Positions 10,277 to 23,099 of a stretch of DNA of 64,000 nt are shown piece by piece. Each line of letters begins with the position of its first letter. The first letter of the stretch is position 1. A program made the translations under genes and the position numbers. The stretch lies in assembly GCF_009914755.1 (NCBI RefSeq), contig NC_060934.1, one strand, 5' to 3'. The notes under the pieces are model-generated. The model did not search any database. It saw nothing but the letters and a program-made list of their open reading frames with translations, and was not told the DNA's origin. Source of the DNA: the human T2T-CHM13v2.0 reference genome, Homo sapiens.

Positions 10277-12642
10277 GAAAATGATTTTGGATCCACCAGA
10301 AAACACAAACTATGATGGATGACCAGAGCTCTAACATTTGCACTCCTTACTAAAAGAACACAATCGTTTTAGTCTTGGGAATGTTCAGAGTAAGTGAAAT
10401 CAGTTAAGTATCCCAATCAAAAAGAATCTCCAGAAAGCACCTCACATTTGAACTTGAGAAAGCAAATTTTTAGTGAAATGATTTATTTAAACAAATCTTT
10501 GTTTGTAAACCTCTTGGGATGAGGATTGTCTACAAAACCATAACTTGAATTTGAGACTAGTTGGTCTTACTTTGAAGCAACACAGAACTACAATGCTTAG
10601 CTGTTTGATGCACAACTAGATAGAGATGGCACACTTCATCATCCACCTAAAAGAAGATGCATGTATTCATATTACCTACATTCTCCATACCAGGCAATTA
10701 TGTAGCCACCTTAGCTGTGAATAGTATAAGATAATTAACAAATAAGTGTTAGAGAAGTGGTAATTGTAAGTTCTAGAAAATATTACTTGAGTGCATTTTT
10801 TTGTTTTTCTTAATTTGTGGGAATTGCTCCATTCTGAATGAATTAATTAATTTTTTAACAGTAATACCCTTAGTAGTAAAAATCCAAACAATGCTGTAAC
10901 TATAGAATAAAACCCTCCCTTTCCCTCCCACCCTTCTTGCCAAGGGTAATAACTTTCCAAAGTTTCTGCTTTTACTTTTTCGGGCCATGGTTTTCATAGC
11001 TCTAAATAATATGTTCAGGGCCCTAGTTCTTGATCTGCCAACTTTCAACAGTGTCTCTTGGCTCCTCTCCGTTAAAAAAAAAATTAAATTACATACATCA
11101 AATTTTACTCAGCCTAAACTTTATTTATATATGTGTGATTATTTTCTCTTTTAGTTCTTTTGTTTTATTTTTATGACTTCAAAATATGTCAAAGCTATTT
11201 CTTGATCTCTATTTACAGGGCACCCTTTGACTCTCCATGTACGTTAAAGGAATTAAAACCTTTGTTTTCCTGCTCTTCCTCTTCCCTCTCCATCTCATCA
11301 TCTGTCAGTTCTGTTCTTATCTCAAACTGTAAGGTTTATAATATTTTCATTCTCCTTTGTCGGTATATTGTATTTTATCAAATCTAACATGCCACATAAT
11401 TGTTGTATGTTTCATTAAACTAAGAAAATGCCGTCAATGGTACTTTATTGGTTACACAGTACGTCCCATTTTCAAGGAGGCTAAAATGTTGGGGGGGAAG
11501 TTCCATTAGATTTTATAAGAGATAATAATTAGTCTCCTGTACTTTGTAGGTAAATTCTAAAAATAAAAATAAGCTACTTTTACAATATTGTTGTGTAATA
11601 TTTCAGTAGAATGGATTAGGATCATAGAAGAGGGATAGAAGTTTTTGTCACTAAACCAGTGCTACCCAAATGTAATGGTTACATGTCAAAAAGATTCTCT
11701 TTTTTTACAGCCTAAATTTGTCCTAAATCATGCACCATTTTAATGTTCTTCATGTTGAGCTTTGATTTTATGTTTCTTTCCTAGACTGTCTATTGTATAT
11801 ATTTTAGCATTAAAAATAATATTTTGTATTCACCTTATCACAAAGATTGTCTGGATCCTAAATCAAAATATGTGTTGTGAAAATTCCACATTTGTCTTCA
11901 AACGTTCTTCTAGGGACTTTCTGGTTGAACCAGTTGGTTTCTAGATGTGCCACATAGCTGCTGTCCTTAGATTCTCCCAGTGCTGAGCACCGTTTGCATC
12001 TTCATTTTGTGGAAAGCACATATTTTCTCTTTAGGAATAAATCCCTTCTTTGTTGTTTTGTAGTACATCCTCAAGTCATTTTTCTTAGAAGAGTGAGAAG
12101 AAAGTGTATTTTTACAGATCTAGAGATAACTGAACATGTTCATTTTCTCTGCTCCCTCACCAAGCCCCACTGAAATGGCAGTAAAGTGATTTTTAAAAGC
12201 ACAAGCTTTTTTTAAAAAAGGAGACAGGAGAGTAGTTAATATCAACAAAATGTTGTAAGCTAAAAAGGAGAAGGATAAATGGTAAGTGGCTGAGCAGAAT
12301 CCCAAACCTCAAATGGCAAATGTCTGAGCAATCCAACCCACCCCTGAACACCCACAGTTGCAAACTGGAGCCCCTTAGTCCACCTCGGTGCGGGGGGAGA
12401 GTGAGGAGGGGCTGCAGACAGGGTTTATTAACAGCGTATTTAGGTTTGTAGATGTTTCCCTCAAGAATCTGAATATCTTTGGTTGTACGGTCCTATTTAT
12501 GAATAAATTATGATTAAATATGATTATGATTAAAGAGTCAGGCACAGCCCTATGCTGATATATTCTCTTCCTAGTCTCACTGCTGTTATGAAATTTTTCA
12601 TTTCTGTGTTTTTTTAATCATAAGAAATTTAGGGAACATCAA

Positions 12643-12673
12643 AGATAGGTAGGCAGATTGATAGATGGTAGAT

Positions 12674-12710
<37 letters not shown>

Positions 12711-12714
12711 TAGA
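12643..12714 (+). repeat. (GATA)n(GACA)n compound tetranucleotide microsatellite
   Basis: Seen directly. Confidence 0.9.
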
Positions 12715-13266
12715 GCCAGTCAATGATTTTGAACCAGTATCACTGCTGGAAACATTTAAGGTCCTATTCTGTCAAGAGATAATTCCTCCTGGCTCATGGT
12801 TCACTTTTGCAAGTTTAGCCCATGATTCAAAAACAAAACTCTTTGTTGACCTTATGTAGCTTTGTTCATAAACAAGTTACATGAATACATTAAAGGTAAT
12901 TGGAATGCAATGAAATTCATCAACAAACCAACACAATCATTATGTTACCCCAAGTGGTGGAAAGGTGAACATTAGTCTGTGTGTTAAGTCCTCTGGCTGT
13001 ATGTGGAAAACATTGGCTTGGAAAACCCTGACCCACAGTGTGTCAACCAAGAAACAGGACAACGTTTGGATCATGTATCTTTCGATTAAATTTGCAGGGA
13101 ACAGAAAGTCATCTTTTTAATGACAGGATTCCCTTTCTCAAACCCCATGAGACTATGTCTATACAGTTAATGAGGGTAAGTGAGGGGTTCAAGAGAAAAG
13201 CCCACCCCCTGGTTGTGATGCCTTTTAATGGCCTGGGTGTGCTATGTACTCGGTTGGAGGGTGCTT

Positions 13267-13534
13267 GCATTAGTCACGGGCTGCCACAACAAAACATCAC
13301 AAGCAGAGTGACTGTAGCAACAGAAATCTCCTTTCTCACAGCCTGGAGGCTGCAACGTCTAAGACGAAGGTTCTGACAGGGTTCCATGTCTGGTGAGGGT
13401 GAAATGAGGTTATAAGGTTGGAGCCTTGACCCGATAGAACTGGAGTCCTAATAAAAGGGAATGAGACACCATCCCTCCCTCTCTCTTTCTGCCATGTGAG
13501 GACATAGAGAGAGGGTGGCCAATTGCAAGCCTGG
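13267..13534. mobile_element. MLT1A-like MaLR LTR remnant in two opposite-orientation pieces
   Basis: 13267-13400 is the LTR 3' part reversed; 13401-13534 is the LTR middle part forward (aaatgaggttataaggttggagcc...gccatgtgaggaca). Confidence 0.7.
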
Positions 13535-13949
13535 TATTTTAAAAGTCTTCACCTAGTTAGCTGACCCTATCTATGCTCTCTATCCCTCCCCGTGCTGTGT
13601 TTTCCTTAGAAACCCTGGGTTTCCTTGGTGGCTCTTGTTCTTTAAAGCACTTCCCACATGCACATACACAGAATCACACACAGCACACAGACATACACAC
13701 TCACAGGCACACACAACATGCACACACACTGAGAGTGACCATTAGCTGCTTAGAGGCAGGTCTTCACCTCTGAACCACCAGTCCCAGCCCACTGAAAATT
13801 TACTTAATGATGTGTGGGAAAGCACATTGCTAATGGTCAATTTCTGTACCAATTAAATCCTATCAAATATCCAGCTGAGAATAATACAACACAAACATGG
13901 TTCTGCCATTGAATTCCTTCCAGCAGTAGGATTTTTACTCTGATAAGAA

Positions 13950-14264
13950 AGCATAGTTGTGCTTGAAATTTGCTGAGGGTCGATCTTAAGTATTCTCACT
14001 CCAAGAAAGATACAGAGAGAGAGAGAGAGAGAGAAAGAGAGAGGGGGAGAGAGAGAGAGAGAAAAGGAAGGAAGGGAAGAAGGGAGGGAGGGAGGGAAGG
14101 AAGGAAGGAAGGGAAGGAAGGAAGGAAGGAAATGGTAACTATATAAAGTAATGAATATATTAACTTGATTGTAGAGATTATTTCACAGTGTATATGTACA
14201 TCAACGCCAAGTCATACATGATAAATATATACAATTTTCATTTGTCCATTATATCTCAGTAAAA
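13950..14264 (+). mobile_element. L1MA9/10-like 3' end with internal purine microsatellite
   Basis: 'cttgaaatttgctgagggtcgatcttaagtattctcac' ... 'atggtaactat' ... 'atatatacaattttcatttgtccattatatctcagtaaaa'. Confidence 0.8.
14014..14132 (+). repeat. (GA)n/(GGGA)n/(GGAA)n polypurine microsatellite
   Basis: ~119 nt purine-only on the + strand; runs of 4 and 5 consecutive GGAA. Confidence 0.92.
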
Positions 14265-17200
14265 ATTTCTCCACAATGATGGGACAGTGCGTCAGGCTGG
14301 GCTGGAGTGACAGCAAAGGGCCTGCTCTGCCTGACGTTTGAGCTGACTTCTGTCCCACTTGCTACTCCCACCCTGTCTCCAAAGTGCCCAGTGAGGAGCC
14401 ATTCATCATGTCCCTGGGTAGTTCCACTGCTGGGAGGGTCGGCGAGTGCCTCGCAGGCATCTCCATTGTTGGGGATGAGGTAGAAGTGTGACTGGGAGAC
14501 GTGTCCAAGAGCCCAGAAGCTGAAACACCAGTGATGGTATCTGTTTGATTTTCCTATGGTCAATTAGCCTTTATTTCTAAATACTTTGGGGTCACAGTAC
14601 TTCCATCAAGCAGCCCTTCCAAGCACTGCCCGGCTCTTGAGGACAATGACGGACTTAATGAAGATTGATGGCCCAGGGAACCCCCACTGGGCCCCCTTCC
14701 CCACTGTGGGAAGAGGGACTATGCAGAGCCTTAGGGGGCAGATGTCAGCTGGCGGCTGCATCCGCAATTCCTTCTTGCTCAGACCCTTAGCAAAATTGGC
14801 TGTCTTACTGATAGCCTTCATAAGCAGGTGAAAAATAGACCCTAATTGGCTTTGTCTCTTGATCCTAGCCCTGCCTGTCTCCAAACACCTTCCACATGCA
14901 CTGAAGAAATTTTCAAATGCAAATGCAGCCCCTTGGGTCAGGCCCTGGCTTAATTACCTTTTATTACTCCCTTCGGGATACAAATTGAAGCTGGCACATA
15001 TGACTTCTACAATGAGGCCCTGATCTCTTCTTCCTCACTTCCTGCCCTGCCTCCCTTGGCATTTCAGCAACCCTGAGCTAATCCTAGTTCCCAGCCCATG
15101 CCGCCCTGTCTCGTGCGTGGAGACTACGCTCCTGGTGTCCAGGTGCCTGCCAGGAAGCATTTTCCTCCTGGCTGCCTGAGAAGCTATGATCATCCTCTTT
15201 TCTTTCCTAAGCCTCTCCTGACGTCAGCAGAGGCAAATCCCTCACTCTGCTGTCATATCTTACGTCTGTCCCTTCCTATGTCTCATTGTTTTGTGTACTA
15301 CATTGTCCTTGTTTAGACCTTTAGTCCCTTTGTTCTAATTTCCAAAGGGCTATGTGTTTATTATAAAGCAGAAAGTACAGGAATGAATGCGTTTCAGAAG
15401 GGAACTGCCCCGCAACTCTGCTAATGCCAATGTGCATTTCAGTTTTTCTGTAATTACCTCTCTGTCTCTCCATGCAAGGGATACCCCTGTGGGCAGGGGG
15501 AGACACCTCCCACCTGCTGAAGCCGTGCCCAGGAGCAGTGGGTGGTGCGGAGCTAGGCAGAACAGATGCCAGGAACCTACTTATTCTGGAGATTCATGTC
15601 TAACGCCCACGAGCCCCTGTTCCAAGGTCCCCAGTGCCTGTGCATCTGTCCCTGACAGCCCCACCCTCCTACTGATACGGTCCTGGAAAAGGGTAACGTG
15701 AGATAAATTTCATGTCACTTTCAGTGCACAGAGCAGCTTTCGTGCTGCAGATGTTTGGCTGGGATAGACAAAGTGAGAACTCTGATTTTTAAACCCACAG
15801 GCTCAACCAAGGTGTGTAAACCTAGACCTCTGATGGGGCCGCATGTGGCAAAGAGCAGGGTAGGAAAACAAGGAGTGGTGGACTCTCCCAGAGCTGGAAG
15901 CCTGACTGAGCTGAGATTAAATGCTAGGTCAGTCTGATGCCTAAACACATGCCCTGCCCATTGCTCTGCATTGATCCCCACCCAACAACAAACAAGAATG
16001 AGATTATTCTGATGGGACTCAGTGCCCGGTGCTGGGGACTGACATGTAGACAGGTTATTGCACAGCAGGGTGGCTCACGTGGTGGCGGCCTCGGTGAGGG
16101 GCTGTCAGTTCTTGGGTGGGTCTGTAAGTGCTTTGGAAAGTCAGAGATTGTCTGCAATGTGCTTTCCACACATCGCGTGATCCTTCTGGCCTTTTCTAGG
16201 CCAGATGGTCATTAACTTTGAACATATGGGTTATAGTCTTGGCTGAATGTCAACAGTTGACTTGGTCTCAAAGTATCATTCATTTGAAGTATTCAAAATA
16301 GAATGCACTTAGTCAACAGGGCTTTGTTTTAAAAGTAAGCAGGTGGAAAATAACAGATCATGCCTTCAAACACCAGCAGAATAATAGCATATGACAGTAT
16401 GACCTATGTGTCACCAGGCTTCATGGAAATGGTCTGCATGATTCTAATCACTCTACATGCTCTGGCCACTCCAGGATGTGAATAGTTTCTAAATGATGTG
16501 CATACTCATTTGCAAGGTCCATGGCCAGCCCAGAAAAATCTCTGCCTGAATCACTGAGGGAGAAGCCAAGAGAACCTGGTTACAGATACAGATTTTAAGA
16601 ACCGGCTTCATCCCACACTTCCCAAATTGTCCACATGCTTTACAATCCCCAAGTTCGCAGCCCATCTTCCTGAAGGCCTTCTCAATACCCTCTCGCTTCC
16701 TCTTCTATTTCTCATTTCCTTTCCCCCTTTAACAGGTTCTGCTGGGAGGAAAATGAGAGCCTGTGGAAGTGAGCCAAAGAATCTTCTGCCTGGGGAACAT
16801 TCACTGATGCTTCAAGTGCTGGAAGATCTGTGACTCCCAAATGGACCATGCCAAGCTCTTTCCCTTTAATTTCAGAGGCGCACAGTGCAATTTACAGAAA
16901 ATCCACTCCATGTGTTTCTGATCCATCTCCTAGCAGCTCATCCAAATGTTGGGTTTTAAGGGTTTGTAGATATGCACAATGCATTTGGAGTCAATTTTAC
17001 AAGCCTTCCATGCTTTCATTTGTATTGAGAGAGGAAGCCCGGTTTTGCCAAGAGTAAATGAATTGGCATCTCCGAAGGTTCATGTTGGGTCTGCACCCTT
17101 GAAGCCAGAAGGCTTGACTGAAAGCTCAGCCTCAGAAAAGGTGCTCTCATCCCTGACCAGATGCAGTTTCAGAAGAGAGGCTTTCACCGGGCCACTTGAA

Positions 17201-17859
17201 GCCTTCCCATCCTTGGCCTCCACATATTTCATGCTCATTCGTTACAGCTTTCCTTGGAGCACAGCAGTGTCAGGACAGAATCTCATAGCCCTGAGGGAGC
17301 ACATCAGTCATGGTCTTTGGGCGTGGTTGAAATGAAGTTTTGAGCCCAGAACTGATGGCTTTGCCTTCCGGTTTTGAGGTGTTGCATAGGGTCTGGAGCA
17401 AGAAGAGAGGCATGTGATGCCCCCCAAAGTTAACAGGTTGAATCAGCCTCCAAACTGTCAATACATATTATCCACAGCTGCTGAGGTTCAGGGCAGAGGG
17501 ACATGAGTGAGGATCTGAATTCAGCCCTTCCCAACTTAGTGTTACCAGCCTGGAGGAAGAAGGGAAGGCAACATGGTTTTTCTGGAGAGCCATGCACTAG
17601 GAAGATAAGAGGGAGGGGAAGCGAGACCACCCCTAGGACAAAGCAGGCTGCACATCCCTTCCAAGGGGGTCATTTCAGCAAGAGTATGGAATGTGCTGCT
17701 TAGGGTCTGTTCAGATCTTTTCCTTGGCTTTGTAACAGATACAAAGTGTCTGTGTAAAGAGGGAAACATGTACCTCAACAAGGCAAATGCAAGGTGCTGG
17801 GAACCACTCTCATTTGTACCCTAGCCACGGGCCCAAAGGGCAGCTGCCAAATATGGTAC

Positions 17860-18390
17860 AAAGCTGGTGGACTTGGGAGCCAGGTAAGTCTGGGTTTGCA
17901 TCCTGAATCTACCACTTAGTGGTAATGTGACCTTAGGCAAGTCCATGCACCTCAGTTTCTTCCTCTGTAAAATGGGTAGAGCAAAATCAACCTCTGGTAA
18001 TTGGAAAGGTACAAGAAAACACACAAAGTGTTTCATAGAGGATATTGTTATAGGGCTGTTAGCAGATGAGTACAGTTCTGCAGCCCTGTGAGCTGGCTAG
18101 CTGAGTCAATTGTAGGTGACTCTTTTTCCAATTTGGCCATTAGGCCTTAGTCCTGATAAAGGGAGTCGAGGTGGGGCTTTAAGAGCTCACACAGTGGGTA
18201 TGTGCAGATCAGGGAAAGATTGTTGGCTTGGGTGTCTGAAACCCTGAGACCTAGGTTTGAGTCTCAGCTTTGTGACTTTAGGCAAGTTGCTGAACCTCTC
18301 CGGGCCTCAGCTGCTTTATCTGAATAAATGGGACTTATGACAAGGATTTCATGAGAAAACCCACGTGTGAGTGGATAGAGCACTAGGCAG
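17860..18390 (+). mobile_element. Two MIR fragments (~17860-18010 and ~18220-18390)
   Basis: 'tgtgaccttaggcaagtc...cctcagtttcttcctctgtaaaatggg' and 'tgtgactttaggcaagttgctgaacctctccgggcctcag'. Confidence 0.7.
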
Positions 18391-18857
18391 GGGTCACAAG
18401 GCCAATGCTCACATGAGCCAAGCAGGTGCGGGAGCGAGAGCCCACCTATGGGAAGAAATAGGGAGTGGAGTTATGGGGAAAGAGGGTTGGGAGAGGGCAC
18501 CAATGCCATCACACTACCAGAAGGAACCACACTGACCATGCAGGCTAACCAGAGCAGACAGCCCTGAGGAGCCAGGATGCAACCTCTGGGCAACAGTGCC
18601 CATCACTTTACATTCTGTGCAATTATGAAAAGGTTGTGGTCAAGGATGGAAATCTCCGCTGGCTGCCCAGAAGTCAGACAGCTGAGAGAACATCAGAAGA
18701 GGCCATTTATCAGAGGGTGCATGCCTCTCTGTCACACTGTGGTCTTGGGCAAGCCCTTTCCCTTGTTCACCCTTAGCTTCCTATCTATAAAACAGAGTGG
18801 TGGTGAAGATTAAGAAAGAAGGCAAACACCAGATACCTGGAACATGCTGGGCCCTCA

Positions 18858-19255
<398 letters not shown>

Positions 19256-19260
19256 GTCTG

Positions 19261-22145
19261 TGTATATATTTATACATATATTTATATATGTTTATATATA
19301 TTTATATATGTTTATATATTTATATATGTTTATATAAATTTATATATATTTATATATATTTATATATATTTATATATATTTATATATATTTATATATATT
19401 TATATATATTTATATATATTTATATATATATTTATATATATTTATATATATTTATATATATATTTATATATATTTATATATATATTTATATATATTTATA
19501 TATATATTTATATATATATTTATATATATTTATATATATATTTATATATATTTATATATATTTATATATATTTATATATATATTTATATATATTTATATA
19601 TATTTATATATATTTATATATATATTTATATATATTTATATATATTTATCTATATTTATATATATTTATATATCTATTTATATATATTTATATATATTTA
19701 TATATATATTTATATATATTTATATATATTTATATATATATTTATATATATTTATATATTCATAGATATATTTATATATTCATATAGATTTATATATATT
19801 CATATATATATTTATATATTCATATATATGTATATATTCATAGATATATTTATATATTCATAGATATATTCATATATATGAATATATATTTATATATATT
19901 CATATATATATTCATATATATATTTATATATATTCATATATATTTATATAGTCATATAGATTTATATATATTCATATATATATTTATATATTCATAGATA
20001 TATTTATATATTCATATATATTCATATATTCATAGATATATTTATATATTCATAGATATATTCATATATATTCATATATATATTTATATATTCATATATA
20101 TATTTATATATTTTCATATATATATTCATATATATATATTCATATATATACATATATATTCATATATATATTCATATATATATTCATATATATATTCATA
20201 TATATGAATATATATGTTTATGTATATTTATATATATTTATATATTTATATATATTTATGTATTTATATATTTATTATATATATTTACATATTTATATAT
20301 TTATATTTACATTTATATATATTTTTATATATATTTATATATATTTATATATTTATATATATCTATATATATTTATATATATTTTTATATTTATAAATAT
20401 TTTTATATATATTTATATATTTATATATATTTATATATTTATATGTATATATGTATATATTTTTATATATTATATATTTATATATTTATATTATATATAT
20501 TTATATATTTTCTATATATTTATATATATTTATATGTTATATATATATTTATATATTTATATATTTATTATACATATTTCCATATTTATATATATTTATA
20601 TGCATTGATATATTTATATATATTTATATATATTTTTATATATTTTTATATATTTATATATATTTATATATATTTATATATATATTTATATGTTTTTATA
20701 TGTTTTTATATATTTATATTTATACGTATATTTATATATATTTATATATATTTGTATATATTTTTATATATATTTATATGTATTTATACATATTTTTAGA
20801 TATTTATATATTTAGATATATATTTATATGTTTATACATATTTATATATATTTATATATTTATATGTTTATACATATTTATATATATTTATATATTCATG
20901 TATATTTACATATATTTATATATTTATAGATTTATATATATTTATATATTTATATATATTTTTATATTTATATATATTTACATATGTTTGTATATTTTTA
21001 TATATATTTATCTATTTATATGTATTTATATATATTTATATATTTATATGTATTTATATATTTATATATATTTATATATATTTTTATATATTTATGTATA
21101 TTTATACATATATTTATATATATTTATATATATTTATATATATTTTATATGTTTATATATTTTAATATATATTTATATATTTTTTATATATATTTATATA
21201 TATTTATATATTTATATTTATATATATTTATATATTTATATTTATATATATTTATATATTTATATATTTATATTTATGTATATTTATATATTTATATATA
21301 TTTATATTTATATATATTTATTTATATTTATATATATTTATATATTTATTTATATTTATATATGATTATATATTTATATATATTATTATATATTTATATA
21401 TATTTATTTATAGTCATATATATTTATTTATATATTTATATATTTATTTATTTATATATGTTTATATTTATGTATTTATATATACTTATATATATTATTA
21501 TATATTTATATATATTTATTTATATTCATATATATTTATTTATATATTTATATATTTATTTATTTATATATATTTATATATATTTATGTATATTTACTTA
21601 TTCATTTATATATTTATGTTTATATATTTTTATATATTTATATATTTATATGTTTATATATTTTTATATATTTATATATAGCTATATATATTTATATATT
21701 TATAGATATATATATTTATACATTTTTATATATTTATATTTACATATTTATAGTTATATATTTATATATTTATATATAGTTATATATTTATATCTTTACA
21801 TATATTTATATATTCATATATTTACATATATTTATATATTTATATATATTTATATATATTTTATATATTTTTATATTTATATGTATATATGTATATATTT
21901 ATTTATATTTATGTATATTTTTATATTTATATATATTTTTATATATATTTATATATTTATATATTATATATTTATATGTATATATGTACATATTCATATA
22001 TATTATATATATTTATATATTTATATTTTATATATTTATATATTTTCTATATATTTATATGTTATATATATTTATATATTTATATATTATATATATTTAT
22101 ATATTTTATATATGTATTTATATCTTTTGTATATATATATCTATA
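19261..22145 (+). repeat. ~2.9 kb AT-rich degenerate tandem repeat, unit approximately (TA)nTT, 8-12 bp
   Basis: Nearly all A/T; alternating TA punctuated by TTT; scattered C/G variants define sub-domains. Confidence 0.97.
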
Positions 22146-23099
22146 AAAGGAAATGTGTGGGTGCAGATGAGGTCAGACTGAAGGCAGCTTCGAAACAGCC
22201 CAAGGAGAAAACTTAAATCTGGCCCTGGTGCACTTTAATTGCTCTGTTCATTCAAAATAAAAATGCACATCAATGTTAGCGCTCTCCCGTCTCCCAGGCT
22301 GCCGTCCGAGGGCTGGAGGAGGAAGCCCCACTTCCTCGCAGGCCCTGCTAGAGATTGACTCCAGGAAGGCCGCTCTTCCATCCCCCTGGCATGTTTTGCT
22401 TCTGGAGGTCCCGCCAGTGGCTAACAGAACCCCTATTCACACCACCTCCAAGGAGTTACAGAGCATTTCACTATTGCATGCACAGGCTCCCATAAATCAG
22501 GTTTACAAAGAGTTATTTTCTTAAAGACAGATTCCTTTAAATTCCATTTCCTTCTCTTTCGCCCATGCCCAACCCCCATATCCTTGTGATTGAACCAAAG
22601 GCTCTGTGGCCAAGCTTTTCTTGGATCGTGTGAATCAAGATCAATAAATATCCATGCTGCAGCATGACTAGCCCGGCGCCTCACTGTGCTCTGGGATAAG
22701 GGCCCGGGTTGTGTGCGGCCGTGTGGCCCTGGCATGGGCCTGCCCTGCTGCTATACACGTCTGTGTTGAGTGCGGGCCCCCGGGTCCCCAGCTCCCAGAG
22801 AGGAAAGACCCTTCCTGGGGGAAAACTAACCTAGAAGTCACCCTCCTGGGGGTGTTACCTGTCTCAGGGGTTGGGTATCCAGGGTGGATTTTCAGGCCAT
22901 GTGATCCACAGTTTGATTTCGAGTGGCTCATGAGCTGCTGCAGGCAGATGAGTTCTTCAACACCAGCACTGTTATTGAAAAAGTCAAGAGAAGACTGTGC
23001 TCCCTGTCTCCCCTTCCTCGCTCCCTGTCCTCTCTTTAACCCGCTCCAATGAGGTGTTCACTCTTACTGTCCCACCAAAAGTGCTGCCATCTTGTCAAA

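Noticed and set aside
19261-22145. Possible CRISPR-like repeat-spacer array
   Set aside because: No conserved repeat with unique spacers; low-complexity tandem sequence in a primate genome.
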